A stretch of 64,000 bases of DNA, from positions 64,001 through 128,000 of the forward strand of contig CAXXOU010000002.1 of the NCBI GenBank assembly GCA_963677495.2, written 5' to 3'. Shown piece by piece: positions 54,708 to 64,000 of the stretch. The translations under genes were made by a program, and so were the position numbers. How positions within the stretch are numbered: position 1 is the first letter of the stretch; every line of letters starts with the position of its first letter. The notes beneath the pieces were generated by a model. That model was not told the DNA's origin and did no database searches. It saw nothing but the letters and a program-made list of their open reading frames with translations. The stretch comes from Candidatus Cloacimonadales bacterium. GTDB taxonomy: Bacteria; Cloacimonadota; Cloacimonadia; Cloacimonadales; JAFGVF01.

Positions 54708-56234
54708 ATGGCAAAAAACAGATGTGAGGACTTATTGTTAGATAAAATCAGGAATACTGCTAAACATACTGCTGTTTATAGTATAGGTAACATTGCTATG
54801 AAAATCCTTGGTTTCATACTATTACCTCTCTATACAGATAAGCTTCTTCTCAGTGAATTCGGTACATTGGGACTACTGGAAGTTACAGCTATGTTTATGA
54901 TTGCAGTCCTTGGTTTTCGCATTCCAACCGCTATGATGCGTTGGTGTGCAAATGCTAAATCAGAGAATGAGCAGAAAAGGGTAGTTTCAACATCAGTATT
55001 CTCCTTATTGGTAATTCTAGCAATCTATCTTATATCAGTATTCCCATTCAGAGCTAACATCTCGGAAATACTATTTAAAAGTAGTGCTTATTCCTCTTAT
55101 CTAACGATACTGTTTATATCTGTTGCGAGTGAGATAATCAATCAGGTACCATTTGAACTAATCCGATTCAGACAGAAGTCGTTTCTATATACTTTCCTGA
55201 TGTTCATCAGATTTGGAACTGTACTAGGGTTGAACATCTATTTCATCGTATACAGAGGTATGGGAGTGAAGGGTATTATATTAAGTACTCTTATCAGTAA
55301 TCTAATGATAACAGTTCTTACTACTCCTTTCCTGATAAAAAACATATCTTTCAGCTTCGATAAAGCAATTTTTAAAGAGATGTTTACATACAGCTACCCA
55401 CTTATCTTCACACAAGTATCTACAATGCTACTTTCAATGTCTGACAGATACATACTAAACCACTACCTTGATCTGGATCAGGTAGGACTTTATACACTCG
55501 GTTACAAGTTTGCAACTGTGATAAATGTGTTTATCTTAACTTCTTTCCAAATGGGGTTCCTGCCGATAGCATATAAGACATATGATAAACCCAATGCCGG
55601 CAGGTTCTTCTCAAAGACATTAACATATCTTGTGTTTATTAGTATTATTGCAGCTTTGGGACTATCATTCTTTTCTAGAGAAGTGATTCAGCTTATGGCT
55701 AAGAATAGCAATTATTGGGGAGCATACACTATTATCCCTGTGATAACTCTTGCTATTGTCTTTAAGGGTATCCAATGGGTATTCTCATTAGGATTACATT
55801 ATGTGAAGAAAACTAAGTACAATGCCTGGGTCGTACTCACATGTGCTATTGTGAATATCGTACTAAACTTGTTCTTAATACCATTATGGGGGATATACGG
55901 TGCAGCCCTGACAACACTTTTATCAATGATTTTGATGGCTGTACTATTCTATATACAAGCAGGTAGATTCTATAGGATTAAGTATGAACTGAAGAAGCTT
56001 GTTTTACAGGTAATCCTAGGCATTGTACTATATGCGATTTCACTAACATTTTTTAATCTACCGATGCTACCAAATGTATTACTCAAACTCGCTCTTATTG
56101 CCGGTTACCCATTCATCCTTTACATCTTCAAGTTCTATGAGGAGATTGAGCTGGATAGAATGAAAGGTTTCTGGAAGAAGTGGAAAAATCCTTTAACTTG
56201 GGCTTCTCATCTACCGGAACTATTTAAAGACTAA
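54708..56234 (+). CDS. Polysaccharide flippase (Wzx/MOP family)
   Basis: About 14 TM helices; ILLPLYT, SDRYIL...VGLY..GYK, LIPLWGIYGAA. Confidence 0.85.
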   Translation: MAKNRCEDLLLDKIRNTAKHTAVYSIGNIAMKILGFILLPLYTDKLLLSEFGTLGLLEVTAMFMIAVLGFRIPTAMMRWCANAKSENEQKRVVSTSVFSLLVILAIYLISVFPFRANISEILFKSSAYSSYLTILFISVASEIINQVPFELIRFRQKSFLYTFLMFIRFGTVLGLNIYFIVYRGMGVKGIILSTLISNLMITVLTTPFLIKNISFSFDKAIFKEMFTYSYPLIFTQVSTMLLSMSDRYILNHYLDLDQVGLYTLGYKFATVINVFILTSFQMGFLPIAYKTYDKPNAGRFFSKTLTYLVFISIIAALGLSFFSREVIQLMAKNSNYWGAYTIIPVITLAIVFKGIQWVFSLGLHYVKKTKYNAWVVLTCAIVNIVLNLFLIPLWGIYGAALTTLLSMILMAVLFYIQAGRFYRIKYELKKLVLQVILGIVLYAISLTFFNLPMLPNVLLKLALIAGYPFILYIFKFYEEIELDRMKGFWKKWKNPLTWASHLPELFKD

Positions 56235-56713
56235 TGAGACGTAAACCTAAAGGAAACTTCTGCGAGATAAAGAAATACAGGTTGATTACACCTTCCATTT
56301 GCAGTGTCTGTGAACGTATAGGGTTCTGCAAATCGTTCCGCGAATACTATTATAAAAACAAAACAAAATACAGAAATTTCTGTTACCAACAAGTAGAAAA
56401 ATTTCCTGATAAATATCAATTGGAGGTAGTTTTCATGGCTACAAAGAAGACATTTGTTCAAATCGTGAACAAGAAAACAGGTCAGATCGAAAGGATTATG
56501 AGTATGGATGACCTGAATGCATTAACTCTAGAAGAGAAGATTGGAATCGTAAGAGGAAAGCAATTATTCCAGATTGCTTATGAGATTGAACCTGTGATTA
56601 AGGTTGAAATGAAGAAGAAAGCAATAGTTGAAGAGATTAACTATGAGCCTGAAGAGGTAAAACCGGAACCGAAGAAGACAACAAGAACTCGAAAAACCAC
56701 TCCTAAGAAGTAG
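56234..56713 (+). CDS. Hypothetical protein (alternative start at 56435)
   Basis: ORF coupled to the flippase stop; Cys cluster at the N-terminus; internal GGAGG RBS before in-frame ATG 56435. Confidence 0.5.
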   Translation: MRRKPKGNFCEIKKYRLITPSICSVCERIGFCKSFREYYYKNKTKYRNFCYQQVEKFPDKYQLEVVFMATKKTFVQIVNKKTGQIERIMSMDDLNALTLEEKIGIVRGKQLFQIAYEIEPVIKVEMKKKAIVEEINYEPEEVKPEPKKTTRTRKTTPKK

Positions 56714-57872
56714 ACTTGTTACCTTTATTAACAAGTCGCTTCTTACGATGCGACCAAAGCTCTCGTTGTTTATCAACTGAGATTGGCATTAGGTTTAGGT
56801 AGTCAATTGCTCTTTGAGTATATTGCAATGCCTTCTCAATGTCTTTTACTTTGTGTTCGTAGTATTTCGCCAGCTCTTCAAGTGCTGCGAAGTTGCTTGT
56901 TAGAATAGGTTTACTCCAGATTTGAACCGCTTTATCAAGTTGTTTCTCTTTCTTGTAAAGTGAAGCTAAACGCAATAAAGCATCAGCATCGGAACAGTTT
57001 TCGTCAATAGTCTCAAGCAGTTCAACTGCACGTTTTTGCATACCGGCATTCTCGTAGTATTTACTGCTTGGCAGGATATGTTCCTCTTCCTCTTGAAGAA
57101 GAATGTTGCTAATATGATTCAGGATTATCGGCATACTCAGAATATCTGTAGCATTATGGTCATGAATCTTGATTATATCATCAAGGTAACCTGTCTCAAG
57201 AAAGTTAAAATACGCCCAGGGGATCTTCCATCCGGGAATCTCATCTTCAGGATTTCTGTTATATCCCAAAACTTCACTTTCAATTGTCTGCAAAGAACAA
57301 TCAATAAGTTTCCCCTTCCAGAACCTTCTGACAATATGCAATAGATCTATCTGTTTAAAGGATTTCACCATGTAATTCAATTGATAGTAGTCGTAACGGG
57401 ACTGTAATAAGTTCATATCATAGCTTTTACCATTATAGTTGACGATTATATCGAAGTCTTCTAAGAACTTTCTTATTTCCTCCAGCATCCTAATCTCACC
57501 ATCAGGAGCATTCAAAAACCACCTTCGAACAACGAACCAGTTATCCACAAAATGCCCCAATCCCACGAGCACTGCATATGAAGCACCACCTGTGTTTAAG
57601 CCTGTTGACTCTGTATCAAGATATAGTACTTTATCATAAGGGACATCACTAAGAATCTTCTCTTTCTTCTTTATTACATCTGCAATCTTTGGTATTGATA
57701 AGGTGCAATTCCCAAACTCTGAATCTAAATCATAATAAACTTCTGAATAAAACAACGACTCTGTTATATATCTACCTTCTATATGGTCAGCAATGGAAGC
57801 TTCTGACTTGTTATCATCCTTCTCCTCGATCTTCTTATTGAGCTGATTAAGAATGTTATCAAGACCTTTCAT
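56703..57872 (-). CDS. YprB/MrfB-like RNase H-fold (DEDD) exonuclease with C-terminal TPR-like helices
   Basis: YLDTESTGL, YNGKSYD, IDLL, HNATDI; LAKYYEH; directly downstream of the DUF1998 helicase. Confidence 0.82.
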   Translation of the reverse strand: MKGLDNILNQLNKKIEEKDDNKSEASIADHIEGRYITESLFYSEVYYDLDSEFGNCTLSIPKIADVIKKKEKILSDVPYDKVLYLDTESTGLNTGGASYAVLVGLGHFVDNWFVVRRWFLNAPDGEIRMLEEIRKFLEDFDIIVNYNGKSYDMNLLQSRYDYYQLNYMVKSFKQIDLLHIVRRFWKGKLIDCSLQTIESEVLGYNRNPEDEIPGWKIPWAYFNFLETGYLDDIIKIHDHNATDILSMPIILNHISNILLQEEEEHILPSSKYYENAGMQKRAVELLETIDENCSDADALLRLASLYKKEKQLDKAVQIWSKPILTSNFAALEELAKYYEHKVKDIEKALQYTQRAIDYLNLMPISVDKQRELWSHRKKRLVNKGNKSTS

Positions 57873-57873
57873 A

Positions 57874-60348
57874 CTAATGTACAAGCTCCTTTAAAATACC
57901 TAAAACAATCTCTTTAGAGCCTTCACCCTGCTCTGCAACAGGTCCAACACAAGCTGGACAACCATCACTACAGGAACACTGTTTCACAAGTTTATATGCT
58001 TCTCTCAAAAGCTCTGGATATATCTCATAGAGTCTTTTACAAAGCCCGATTCCACCATTTGCACTATCATGGAAGATAAGAGCAAACTCCTCACTCGAAA
58101 GGGGGTTGTTGGACTGATAGTTAACTCTTATATCTTTTCGATCACACATCAGATATACAGGTGATATGTTCTTCATTAGATAAGACATACCGGCAAGCCC
58201 ACTCTGGATAATTAGAGTTCGTTCAGCATCCTTGTGGCACTTTGGACAAAGAGTTGTCAGATTCTCGGGAGCATTAGCTTTCATTCGTGACGGGAAGCTC
58301 TTGAACGGTTTGATATGGTGCACATCAAATGCTTTACCGGATTCTGCTATTCCACATGCTTGACAGATAAACTTATCCCGCTCACGTATAATCTTTTTTA
58401 GATTAGCCCATCCTGGACCATAGTCATTTTTGTCATTATTCCACAGCCCAAGCTGTTTGAAATGCTCAATTGTTTCAGACTTAAAACCAAGCCAGAAACC
58501 GTCAGTTATGACTGTCATTGATGGCATCTCAAGCTCATGATAACTCAGTATCTCATTTGTATACCACTTTTGCCTTTTATAACCTGTAACTGTGTCTGTA
58601 ACCTGTATCTGCCCTGAATATGCTTTCAGCTCTTCTGCATCCTTCTCTTCATAAAGCTCTAAAAGCTCATACTCAGTTTTGCTCATAACCTGAGTGTAAT
58701 AATCTGAGTTAAAAGGCTCTAGCTGTGCTTCTTTCTTCTCAAAGTTCAGGTCGCTCACAAAGTATGTCTCTCCATTATGAATGTAGACAGCTTCAGGGTG
58801 TACCATCCAGTACGCACTTGGTTCATCTACAAGTCCGATTGTTTTACCTTCTGACTGAATTCTAAAGCTTCCTGCTCCGGTACTGCGGAGTGAGAACTTA
58901 TCAGCAGGGAACTCTTGTGACTTCCAATAATACTTATCTCTTGATTTGAATATCTTTCCGAGATTCTGTAGGTAACTTAGGTATTTGCTAAGGTCTTCAT
59001 CGCTTAGAGAGCCAAAATTCTCACCTTGCATAAATGGCTTCTCAAAAAGGGCACATTGCAGGTGAAATAGCAGTATGTACGGGTTGTCAGGATTAATCAA
59101 AGGTTCTTCAGGATTCCTCTCTAAGAGAAACTCGGGATGTTGAATGAAGTACTGATCCAAAAGCCCTGATCCGGCAACAAAGATAGTCATAGACTCAGTT
59201 GCCAGTCTTCCGGCTCTACCACTCTGTTGAGCAACTGAAGCAATACTACCGGGATAGCCACTGATAATCACATTATCAAGTCCACCAATATCAATACCCA
59301 GTTCAAGTGCATTGGTTGCAACCACCATCTTTATCTCTTCGTTTCTCAATCTATTTTCGATCACACGTCTTTCAGCAGGTAAGTATCCTGCTCGATACCC
59401 TAAAATCTCTGCATTTGCATCCTCTTTACTCAAGTTTAGGTATGAGATAAGAAGTTCTACAGAACGTCTGGTGACAGTAAAGATTAAGGATTGTCCCGGA
59501 AAGTCATAGAGGAAGTTACCCACTCTCACAGTTTCCTCGATTATGTTTCTTCTGATCCCAAGCTCTTTATTGATGATAGGGGGATTGTATAAGATAAAAT
59601 GCTTTTCACCGTGGGGAGATCCGTCATTGTCAACAAGCTCAAAATCCTCTTCTATCAGTTTGCTTATGAATGCATCAATCCCTGAGAGTGTTGCAGATGT
59701 GATAATGAACTGTAAGTTACCACCATAATGTGTAACTATGCGTTTCAGTCTTCTTAGTAGGTTAGCTATATGAGAGCCGAATACACCACGGTATATATGT
59801 ACCTCATCAATCACAACATATTTAAGCTTAGAAAAGAACCTGCTCCACTTTGTGTGGTTTGGTAAAATACCCAGATTCAGCATATCAGGATTAGACATTA
59901 TAATCCGAGATGATTCACGTATTTTATTCCTCTTTTCAGTGGGAGTATCACCGTCATAGACACCCGGTTTCTCATCTAATCCCAGTTCAGACATCAGTGC
60001 CGATAACTTAGTAATCTGGTCTTGGGCAAGTGCTTTCATAGGAAATAGTAATAACGATGTAGAATCTAAACCATTAAGAATGCTATTGAGAATTGGTAGC
60101 TGATAACATAGGCTTTTTCCACTTGCAACTCCGGTAGTGATGACAGCGTTTTTACCTTGTAGAATATGTTTAAGAGCTTCAGCTTGATGAGAATACAGAT
60201 GTATTATGTGTCTTTTATTCAAGAGCTTATGCAGTTCTGTATGCATCCCGTCAGGGATATCAGCATAATCAGCCGGTTTCATCGGTCTATGCTTCTCAAG
60301 AACAATATTGTTCCTAAAAGATGGGTTCTCAGTGAAATATTCGTACAT
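57874..60348 (-). CDS. YprA/MrfA (Hrq1-like) DEAH helicase with DUF1998 Zn domain and inserted HNH domain
   Basis: LYSHQ, GVASGKS, DEVH, SAT, ATNALELGIDIG, QQSGRAGR, CSCSDGCPAC; insert CQAC...VHHI...NLTTLCPKCH. Confidence 0.9.
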   Translation of the reverse strand: MYEYFTENPSFRNNIVLEKHRPMKPADYADIPDGMHTELHKLLNKRHIIHLYSHQAEALKHILQGKNAVITTGVASGKSLCYQLPILNSILNGLDSTSLLLFPMKALAQDQITKLSALMSELGLDEKPGVYDGDTPTEKRNKIRESSRIIMSNPDMLNLGILPNHTKWSRFFSKLKYVVIDEVHIYRGVFGSHIANLLRRLKRIVTHYGGNLQFIITSATLSGIDAFISKLIEEDFELVDNDGSPHGEKHFILYNPPIINKELGIRRNIIEETVRVGNFLYDFPGQSLIFTVTRRSVELLISYLNLSKEDANAEILGYRAGYLPAERRVIENRLRNEEIKMVVATNALELGIDIGGLDNVIISGYPGSIASVAQQSGRAGRLATESMTIFVAGSGLLDQYFIQHPEFLLERNPEEPLINPDNPYILLFHLQCALFEKPFMQGENFGSLSDEDLSKYLSYLQNLGKIFKSRDKYYWKSQEFPADKFSLRSTGAGSFRIQSEGKTIGLVDEPSAYWMVHPEAVYIHNGETYFVSDLNFEKKEAQLEPFNSDYYTQVMSKTEYELLELYEEKDAEELKAYSGQIQVTDTVTGYKRQKWYTNEILSYHELEMPSMTVITDGFWLGFKSETIEHFKQLGLWNNDKNDYGPGWANLKKIIRERDKFICQACGIAESGKAFDVHHIKPFKSFPSRMKANAPENLTTLCPKCHKDAERTLIIQSGLAGMSYLMKNISPVYLMCDRKDIRVNYQSNNPLSSEEFALIFHDSANGGIGLCKRLYEIYPELLREAYKLVKQCSCSDGCPACVGPVAEQGEGSKEIVLGILKELVH

Positions 60349-60552
60349 CTTATAAATCCTAGTAAGTATTACTTAATTCTTTTACTGATTTGGATGTTTA
60401 CTGTCAATGGAAAACATGAAAGTAAGAAGTCCATTCCTGTCATTTCGTCCATGATGGTCCACTTCTGTTAACTCAAGTCCACTAATTTCCATAATGAAAC
60501 TATTGCTAACCAAAACCTTTTCAAGTCTCTCAAAACCACCTCCCTTTAATAA

Positions 60553-60693
60553 CCCTTCTACGCCCGGTCTATCCATAGGCTTCTCACAGGTTAGTCTCCC
60601 GTTGCTCTCCCGTTGCTCTCCCGTTGCTCGCAACGAGTGGGAAACGAGTGAGAAACATCCAAAAAAGTTGTGGATAAACCGGGCGCAGAAGGG
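60553..60693. repeat. Phased palindromic cassette, family E (CTCCCGTTGCT)
   Basis: 23-bp inverted ends with 2 mismatches; tandem 11-mer CTCCCGTTGCT at 60596, 60607, 60618; centre CTCGCAACGAG; inverted GTG(G/A)GAAAC units. Confidence 0.88.
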
Positions 60694-60725
60694 AAAGTAT
60701 TGACATGTTAAGAAATAGATATCTG

Positions 60726-60930
60726 GGCTCATAGCGACCGAAAGGGAGTTGGAGCAATTGCGAAATGTGGTAACTGCAAAAGTAGCATCTCTGTAACCAA
60801 GCACATGTAAAAATAAACACGAAAATCACGAAGAACACGAAAAAGGGAAATTTAATATGTTAGTGTCTTTCGTGTGGTTTGTGGTAATTGCCCACCACTA
60901 TGAGTCCAACTCGTAAACTCGCTATAACCC
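60726..60930. repeat. Nested hairpin element or candidate small RNA
   Basis: GGGCTCATAGCGA...GAGTTGGA pairs with TCCAACTC...TCGCTATAACCC; internal CACGAA x3 (9-nt period) pairs with TTTCGTGTGGTTTGTG. Confidence 0.55.
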
Positions 60931-61017
60931 CAATTGTTAAGTAAATTACCTAAATCTCACTTGACAATAGGAATAGTTTATTAACATTCAATATATAAAT
61001 TATTGAAAGGGTTAATC

Positions 61018-62580
61018 ATGAGGAAATTATTGATTTTACTGTTTATAGTATTGGTAGCATCTTTAGCAGGGGAGATGAATCAACTTAGGATTGAAGGAAG
61101 GGCAACAACTCCCAAAGGAGTCTTTATAGCTAAGGATTTAGTTGATAAGAATTTAGAACAAGCAGCGCTGATTATATTTCTTTCAGATATAGATACAGAT
61201 TTAGCGTTTCGACCCTCTAATGGGCTTGTTCGTAAAGTTGATAAGTCAACCCCCGGAAGGTATGAGGTATATGTTTCACCATCTGAGAAGCGAATCAGAG
61301 TTAACGCAATGGGATACACTGAGTTTGAAGTTGTTCTGTCTTCATACAATATTACAAACCTTGAAAGCGGAGAGGTGTATCAACACAATCTTACCGGTGA
61401 TGCGAAAGCTGTAGAGATACCTGTTATTATTACATGTCCTGTGAATGGAGCTGAGGTATATTTGGATGGCACTTTACAAGGTATTATTGAGGATAGAATG
61501 CTGCTGCTTAAGCATGTTGGACAAGGGAAACATAGAATAAGAGTCTCGTTAGATGGATACAAACCGTTTGAGATAAATGAGAGAATAACTTTGGATAATA
61601 ACTCGTTCAAAGTTGATTTGTTGTTCATACAAAAAGAGATTGTTACGATAAAATCAATACCTGTAGGTGCTGAGGTATATATAAACGGGGAGCATCAGCA
61701 AAATAAACAAACGGATACTGAAATCTCTTTGTTTCCGGGAACATATAACGTAACCTTAAAGAAGGTTGGATTTAACGACCTTGAAAGTGTGATTGATGTC
61801 TTTGAGGGTGATAAAAACATATATAGCTTTAACTTCACTGAACATGAATTTTACAATAGGGGTGAAGAGAGCTATTTTGATACGATTTACGATCTGGATA
61901 AAAAAGGGTTTGTTATGCAGGTCTCTTCACTGATTGGAGCATATAATCGATGGACAGGTAAGAAAGGACATTACACTTTTGCCAATCTGTTACTCACACC
62001 AGATGGACTGGGCTACCAAATACCTATGATTGCAAAAGTTTCGTTTATGGTTCCAAGAAAATCAGCTCAAACACTTCGTGCTTATTACGGTGGTCTTAGC
62101 GTGTTGGGTGATATTGTTTTAGGGGAAGATAGTTTGATATTGGATATCGTGTCATTGAATTTTGGTTATATGATTGCATCAAAAGATTTCAAGAGAAGAG
62201 TAATGATTGACTCAGAGTTTTTGGGTAAAGTTGCTTTTAACACTGTGGATGCCTTCAAAGTTAATGGTAAGGAAGTAAAGCTATATGACAATGTTAGGAT
62301 TGAGGATGGAGAGCTTAAGAAGGATGGAGTGTCACCTGTTGCTTGGGTACCGGCACATATTGCTCTGAAGTATGAGCATATGATTAAAGGCTCTTTTTGC
62401 TTGAGCGGAGGACTTGGGGCTTATTTACAGATATCATCTGAAACAGGTGATTGGTATGAAAAGGATGTGATTGAGAATTGGAACAATGCAGATGTACTTC
62501 CAGAAGCTTTTGATGAAGATCCTGACATTTCTGTTTACAAAACAATCATACCTTACATTAGTGTTGGAGTAAGGTTTTAA
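61018..62580 (+). CDS. Secreted PEGA-domain protein, probable C-terminal outer-membrane barrel
   Basis: Signal peptide; GAEVYLDG...G.H..RV...GY and S.P.GAEVYING...PGTYNV.L.K.GF; ends ISVGVRF. Confidence 0.75.
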   Translation: MRKLLILLFIVLVASLAGEMNQLRIEGRATTPKGVFIAKDLVDKNLEQAALIIFLSDIDTDLAFRPSNGLVRKVDKSTPGRYEVYVSPSEKRIRVNAMGYTEFEVVLSSYNITNLESGEVYQHNLTGDAKAVEIPVIITCPVNGAEVYLDGTLQGIIEDRMLLLKHVGQGKHRIRVSLDGYKPFEINERITLDNNSFKVDLLFIQKEIVTIKSIPVGAEVYINGEHQQNKQTDTEISLFPGTYNVTLKKVGFNDLESVIDVFEGDKNIYSFNFTEHEFYNRGEESYFDTIYDLDKKGFVMQVSSLIGAYNRWTGKKGHYTFANLLLTPDGLGYQIPMIAKVSFMVPRKSAQTLRAYYGGLSVLGDIVLGEDSLILDIVSLNFGYMIASKDFKRRVMIDSEFLGKVAFNTVDAFKVNGKEVKLYDNVRIEDGELKKDGVSPVAWVPAHIALKYEHMIKGSFCLSGGLGAYLQISSETGDWYEKDVIENWNNADVLPEAFDEDPDISVYKTIIPYISVGVRF

Positions 62581-62604
62581 ATCATCGTAGTTAGAGGTGT
62601 AATC

Positions 62605-63333
62605 ATGGATTTGATAAGAAAAGATAGATATGAAGTGCGTTCTTATGATACAGATTTTCAGGCAAAGCTGACTTTGCCTAAACTTTGTTTGTATTTTCAG
62701 GAAACAGCGTGGAAGCACTCTGAAGATTTGGGAGTAGGTTTTACTCATTTAACAGAACAAAACATGACTTGGGTACTTTATAAACTTATGATAGATATGG
62801 TAGTTTGGCCGAAGTGGGGAGACGTAATTGAGATTCACACATGGCCATCCGGTATGGATAAATTAATGTGCTACCGTGAGTTTCGTATTTATCTGAACGG
62901 TGAATTGATAGGTAATGCATCTAGCTCATGGATAGTAATTGATTTCGAAAGACGAAGACCTGTCCGAACCTCTAAATACTACAATAGTGAGATTGTTAAC
63001 TCTACAGAAAGCTACTTTGGTGATGCATTAGCACGTAAGATGGTCAATCCGGAAAGTTATGCTACATCTTCTATAGAGAAGGTTAAACTCCAGCATATTG
63101 ATGTTAATAATCATGTGAGTAATGCCTGCTATCCCACCTGGTGCTTAAGTTACTTCTCACCTGAGTTTATCAGCACTCATAAGTTAAGAACAGTAGAGAT
63201 GCAGTTCGTTGCTGAAGCGTTATACGAACAGGCACTGGAAGTTAAGATAGAAACTCGAGATTCAGATACATATCATTTGATAGAGTTTAATGGTAAAGAG
63301 CTCTTTAAAATGAAACTGGGGTGGATAGAGTAA
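62605..63333 (+). CDS. Acyl-ACP thioesterase (FatA/B-like)
   Basis: YEVRSYDTD, FQETA..H, WV, PKWGD, ID.N.HVSNA.Y. Confidence 0.88.
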   Translation: MDLIRKDRYEVRSYDTDFQAKLTLPKLCLYFQETAWKHSEDLGVGFTHLTEQNMTWVLYKLMIDMVVWPKWGDVIEIHTWPSGMDKLMCYREFRIYLNGELIGNASSSWIVIDFERRRPVRTSKYYNSEIVNSTESYFGDALARKMVNPESYATSSIEKVKLQHIDVNNHVSNACYPTWCLSYFSPEFISTHKLRTVEMQFVAEALYEQALEVKIETRDSDTYHLIEFNGKELFKMKLGWIE

Positions 63334-63353
63334 TAGATCTTTAGATAAAAGAA

Positions 63354-63381
63354 AAAAGGCTGGCATGATGCCAGCCTTTTT
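63354..63381. terminator. Bidirectional intrinsic terminator
   Basis: AAAAGGCTGGCA-TGA-TGCCAGCCTTTT. Confidence 0.8.
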
Positions 63382-63397
63382 ATGTTTATACAAACTC

Positions 63398-63748
63398 TTA
63401 CAAAGAGATTATTTCATAACCCTGTGCGATGTATTGTACCATTGAAGGGTGCCCCATCATGTCACCGGATATTGTTAGTCCCTGCTTCTCAGCCTCTTCC
63501 AGAGTCCCCATCTTGGCAGCACATGCTTTGCAGATGCAGTCAAGAATACCTTTCTCTATAAGCTTCTTGTAAGCCTTATGGAATGGGCATTCCGGTTTAT
63601 TCAACTCAGTGATTAGTTTGGTAGCCTGACCTTCAATAATAAGACGAACATCATATCCCTTTTCATGCAAATCCAGCACATTCAACATACCATGAAAGAA
63701 GCACATCATCTCCCCATTAAAAGCAAATATAGCTATTTTACGATCCAC
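63398..63748 (-). CDS. DsrE-family small protein
   Basis: CFFHGMLN, IIEG.A, CKACA, GHPSM..YI..GYEIISL. Confidence 0.75.
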   Translation of the reverse strand: MDRKIAIFAFNGEMMCFFHGMLNVLDLHEKGYDVRLIIEGQATKLITELNKPECPFHKAYKKLIEKGILDCICKACAAKMGTLEEAEKQGLTISGDMMGHPSMVQYIAQGYEIISL

Positions 63749-63818
63749 TTATTCCTCCTGTTAATGATTATATCATAAATCAATGTAGAGAATAGTCAAA
63801 CATTAAATAGATATGAAA

Positions 63819-63842
63819 AAGGCTGACCTACTGGTCAGCCTT
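63819..63842 (-). terminator. Intrinsic terminator
   Basis: AAGGCTGACC-TACT-GGTCAGCCTT. Confidence 0.65.
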
Positions 63843-63862
63843 ATCGATTTGATTCTAAACTG

Positions 63863-64000
63863 TTATTTCATTACTGTCATTTTGTGGGTATACAAACTTT
63901 CCAGGATTCTCATCTTAACAAAGTAAATACCTGATGATACCTCTTTACCATTCAGGTTTTTACCATTCCAATGAAGTGAATGATTACCTTCAAGATAATC
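63863..64000 (-). CDS. 3' end of a secreted protein with FlgD-Ig/T9SS-like sorting domain (partial)
   Basis: Manual translation DYLEGNHSLHWNGKNLNGKEVSSGIYFVKMRILESLYTHKMTVMK*. Confidence 0.8.
   Translation of the reverse strand, partial: DYLEGNHSLHWNGKNLNGKEVSSGIYFVKMRILESLYTHKMTVMK

Noticed and set aside
58222..58440. HNH insert as an intein or group I intron
   Set aside because: Only about 70 aa, in frame, with no Cys/Ser start or His-Asn end motifs and no room for an intron core
31661..60693. Phased cassettes as integron attC sites
   Set aside because: Length is compatible, but there are no RYYYAAC/GTTRRRY ends, no tandem gene-cassette layout and no integrase

Overview
AT-rich genomic window from an anaerobic diderm bacterium. 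The gene content (secreted proteins with YPNPFNP...SSGIY C-terminal Ig-like sorting domains, Rnf complex, amino-acid fermentation enzymes) suggests Cloacimonadota or a related FCB lineage; this is an inference, not a 16S search result. The window holds a complete rRNA operon (16S-tRNA-Ile-tRNA-Ala-23S-5S), tRNA-Thr and tRNA-Gly, tsaD, ettA, rnfCDGEAB, a CoA-transferase pair, a deoxy/amino-sugar operon, duplicated FG-GAP secreted proteins (one frameshifted at a G8 tract), an MrfA/MrfB-like repair pair whose helicase carries an inserted HNH domain, an ABC-type ATPase plus small nuclease-like gene pair, and a Y1 (IS200/RAYT-like) transposase flanked by REP-like inverted repeats. The most striking unexplained signal is non-coding. 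Ten intergenic cassettes, mostly about 135-145 bp, fall into five families with different core motifs yet share one architecture: terminal inverted repeats (most copies) enclosing short motifs phased at 11-bp intervals that invert at a central axis. One such cassette lies in each of the six divergent intergenic regions, between the two outward-facing TTGAC -35 boxes, which points to a DNA-level function.
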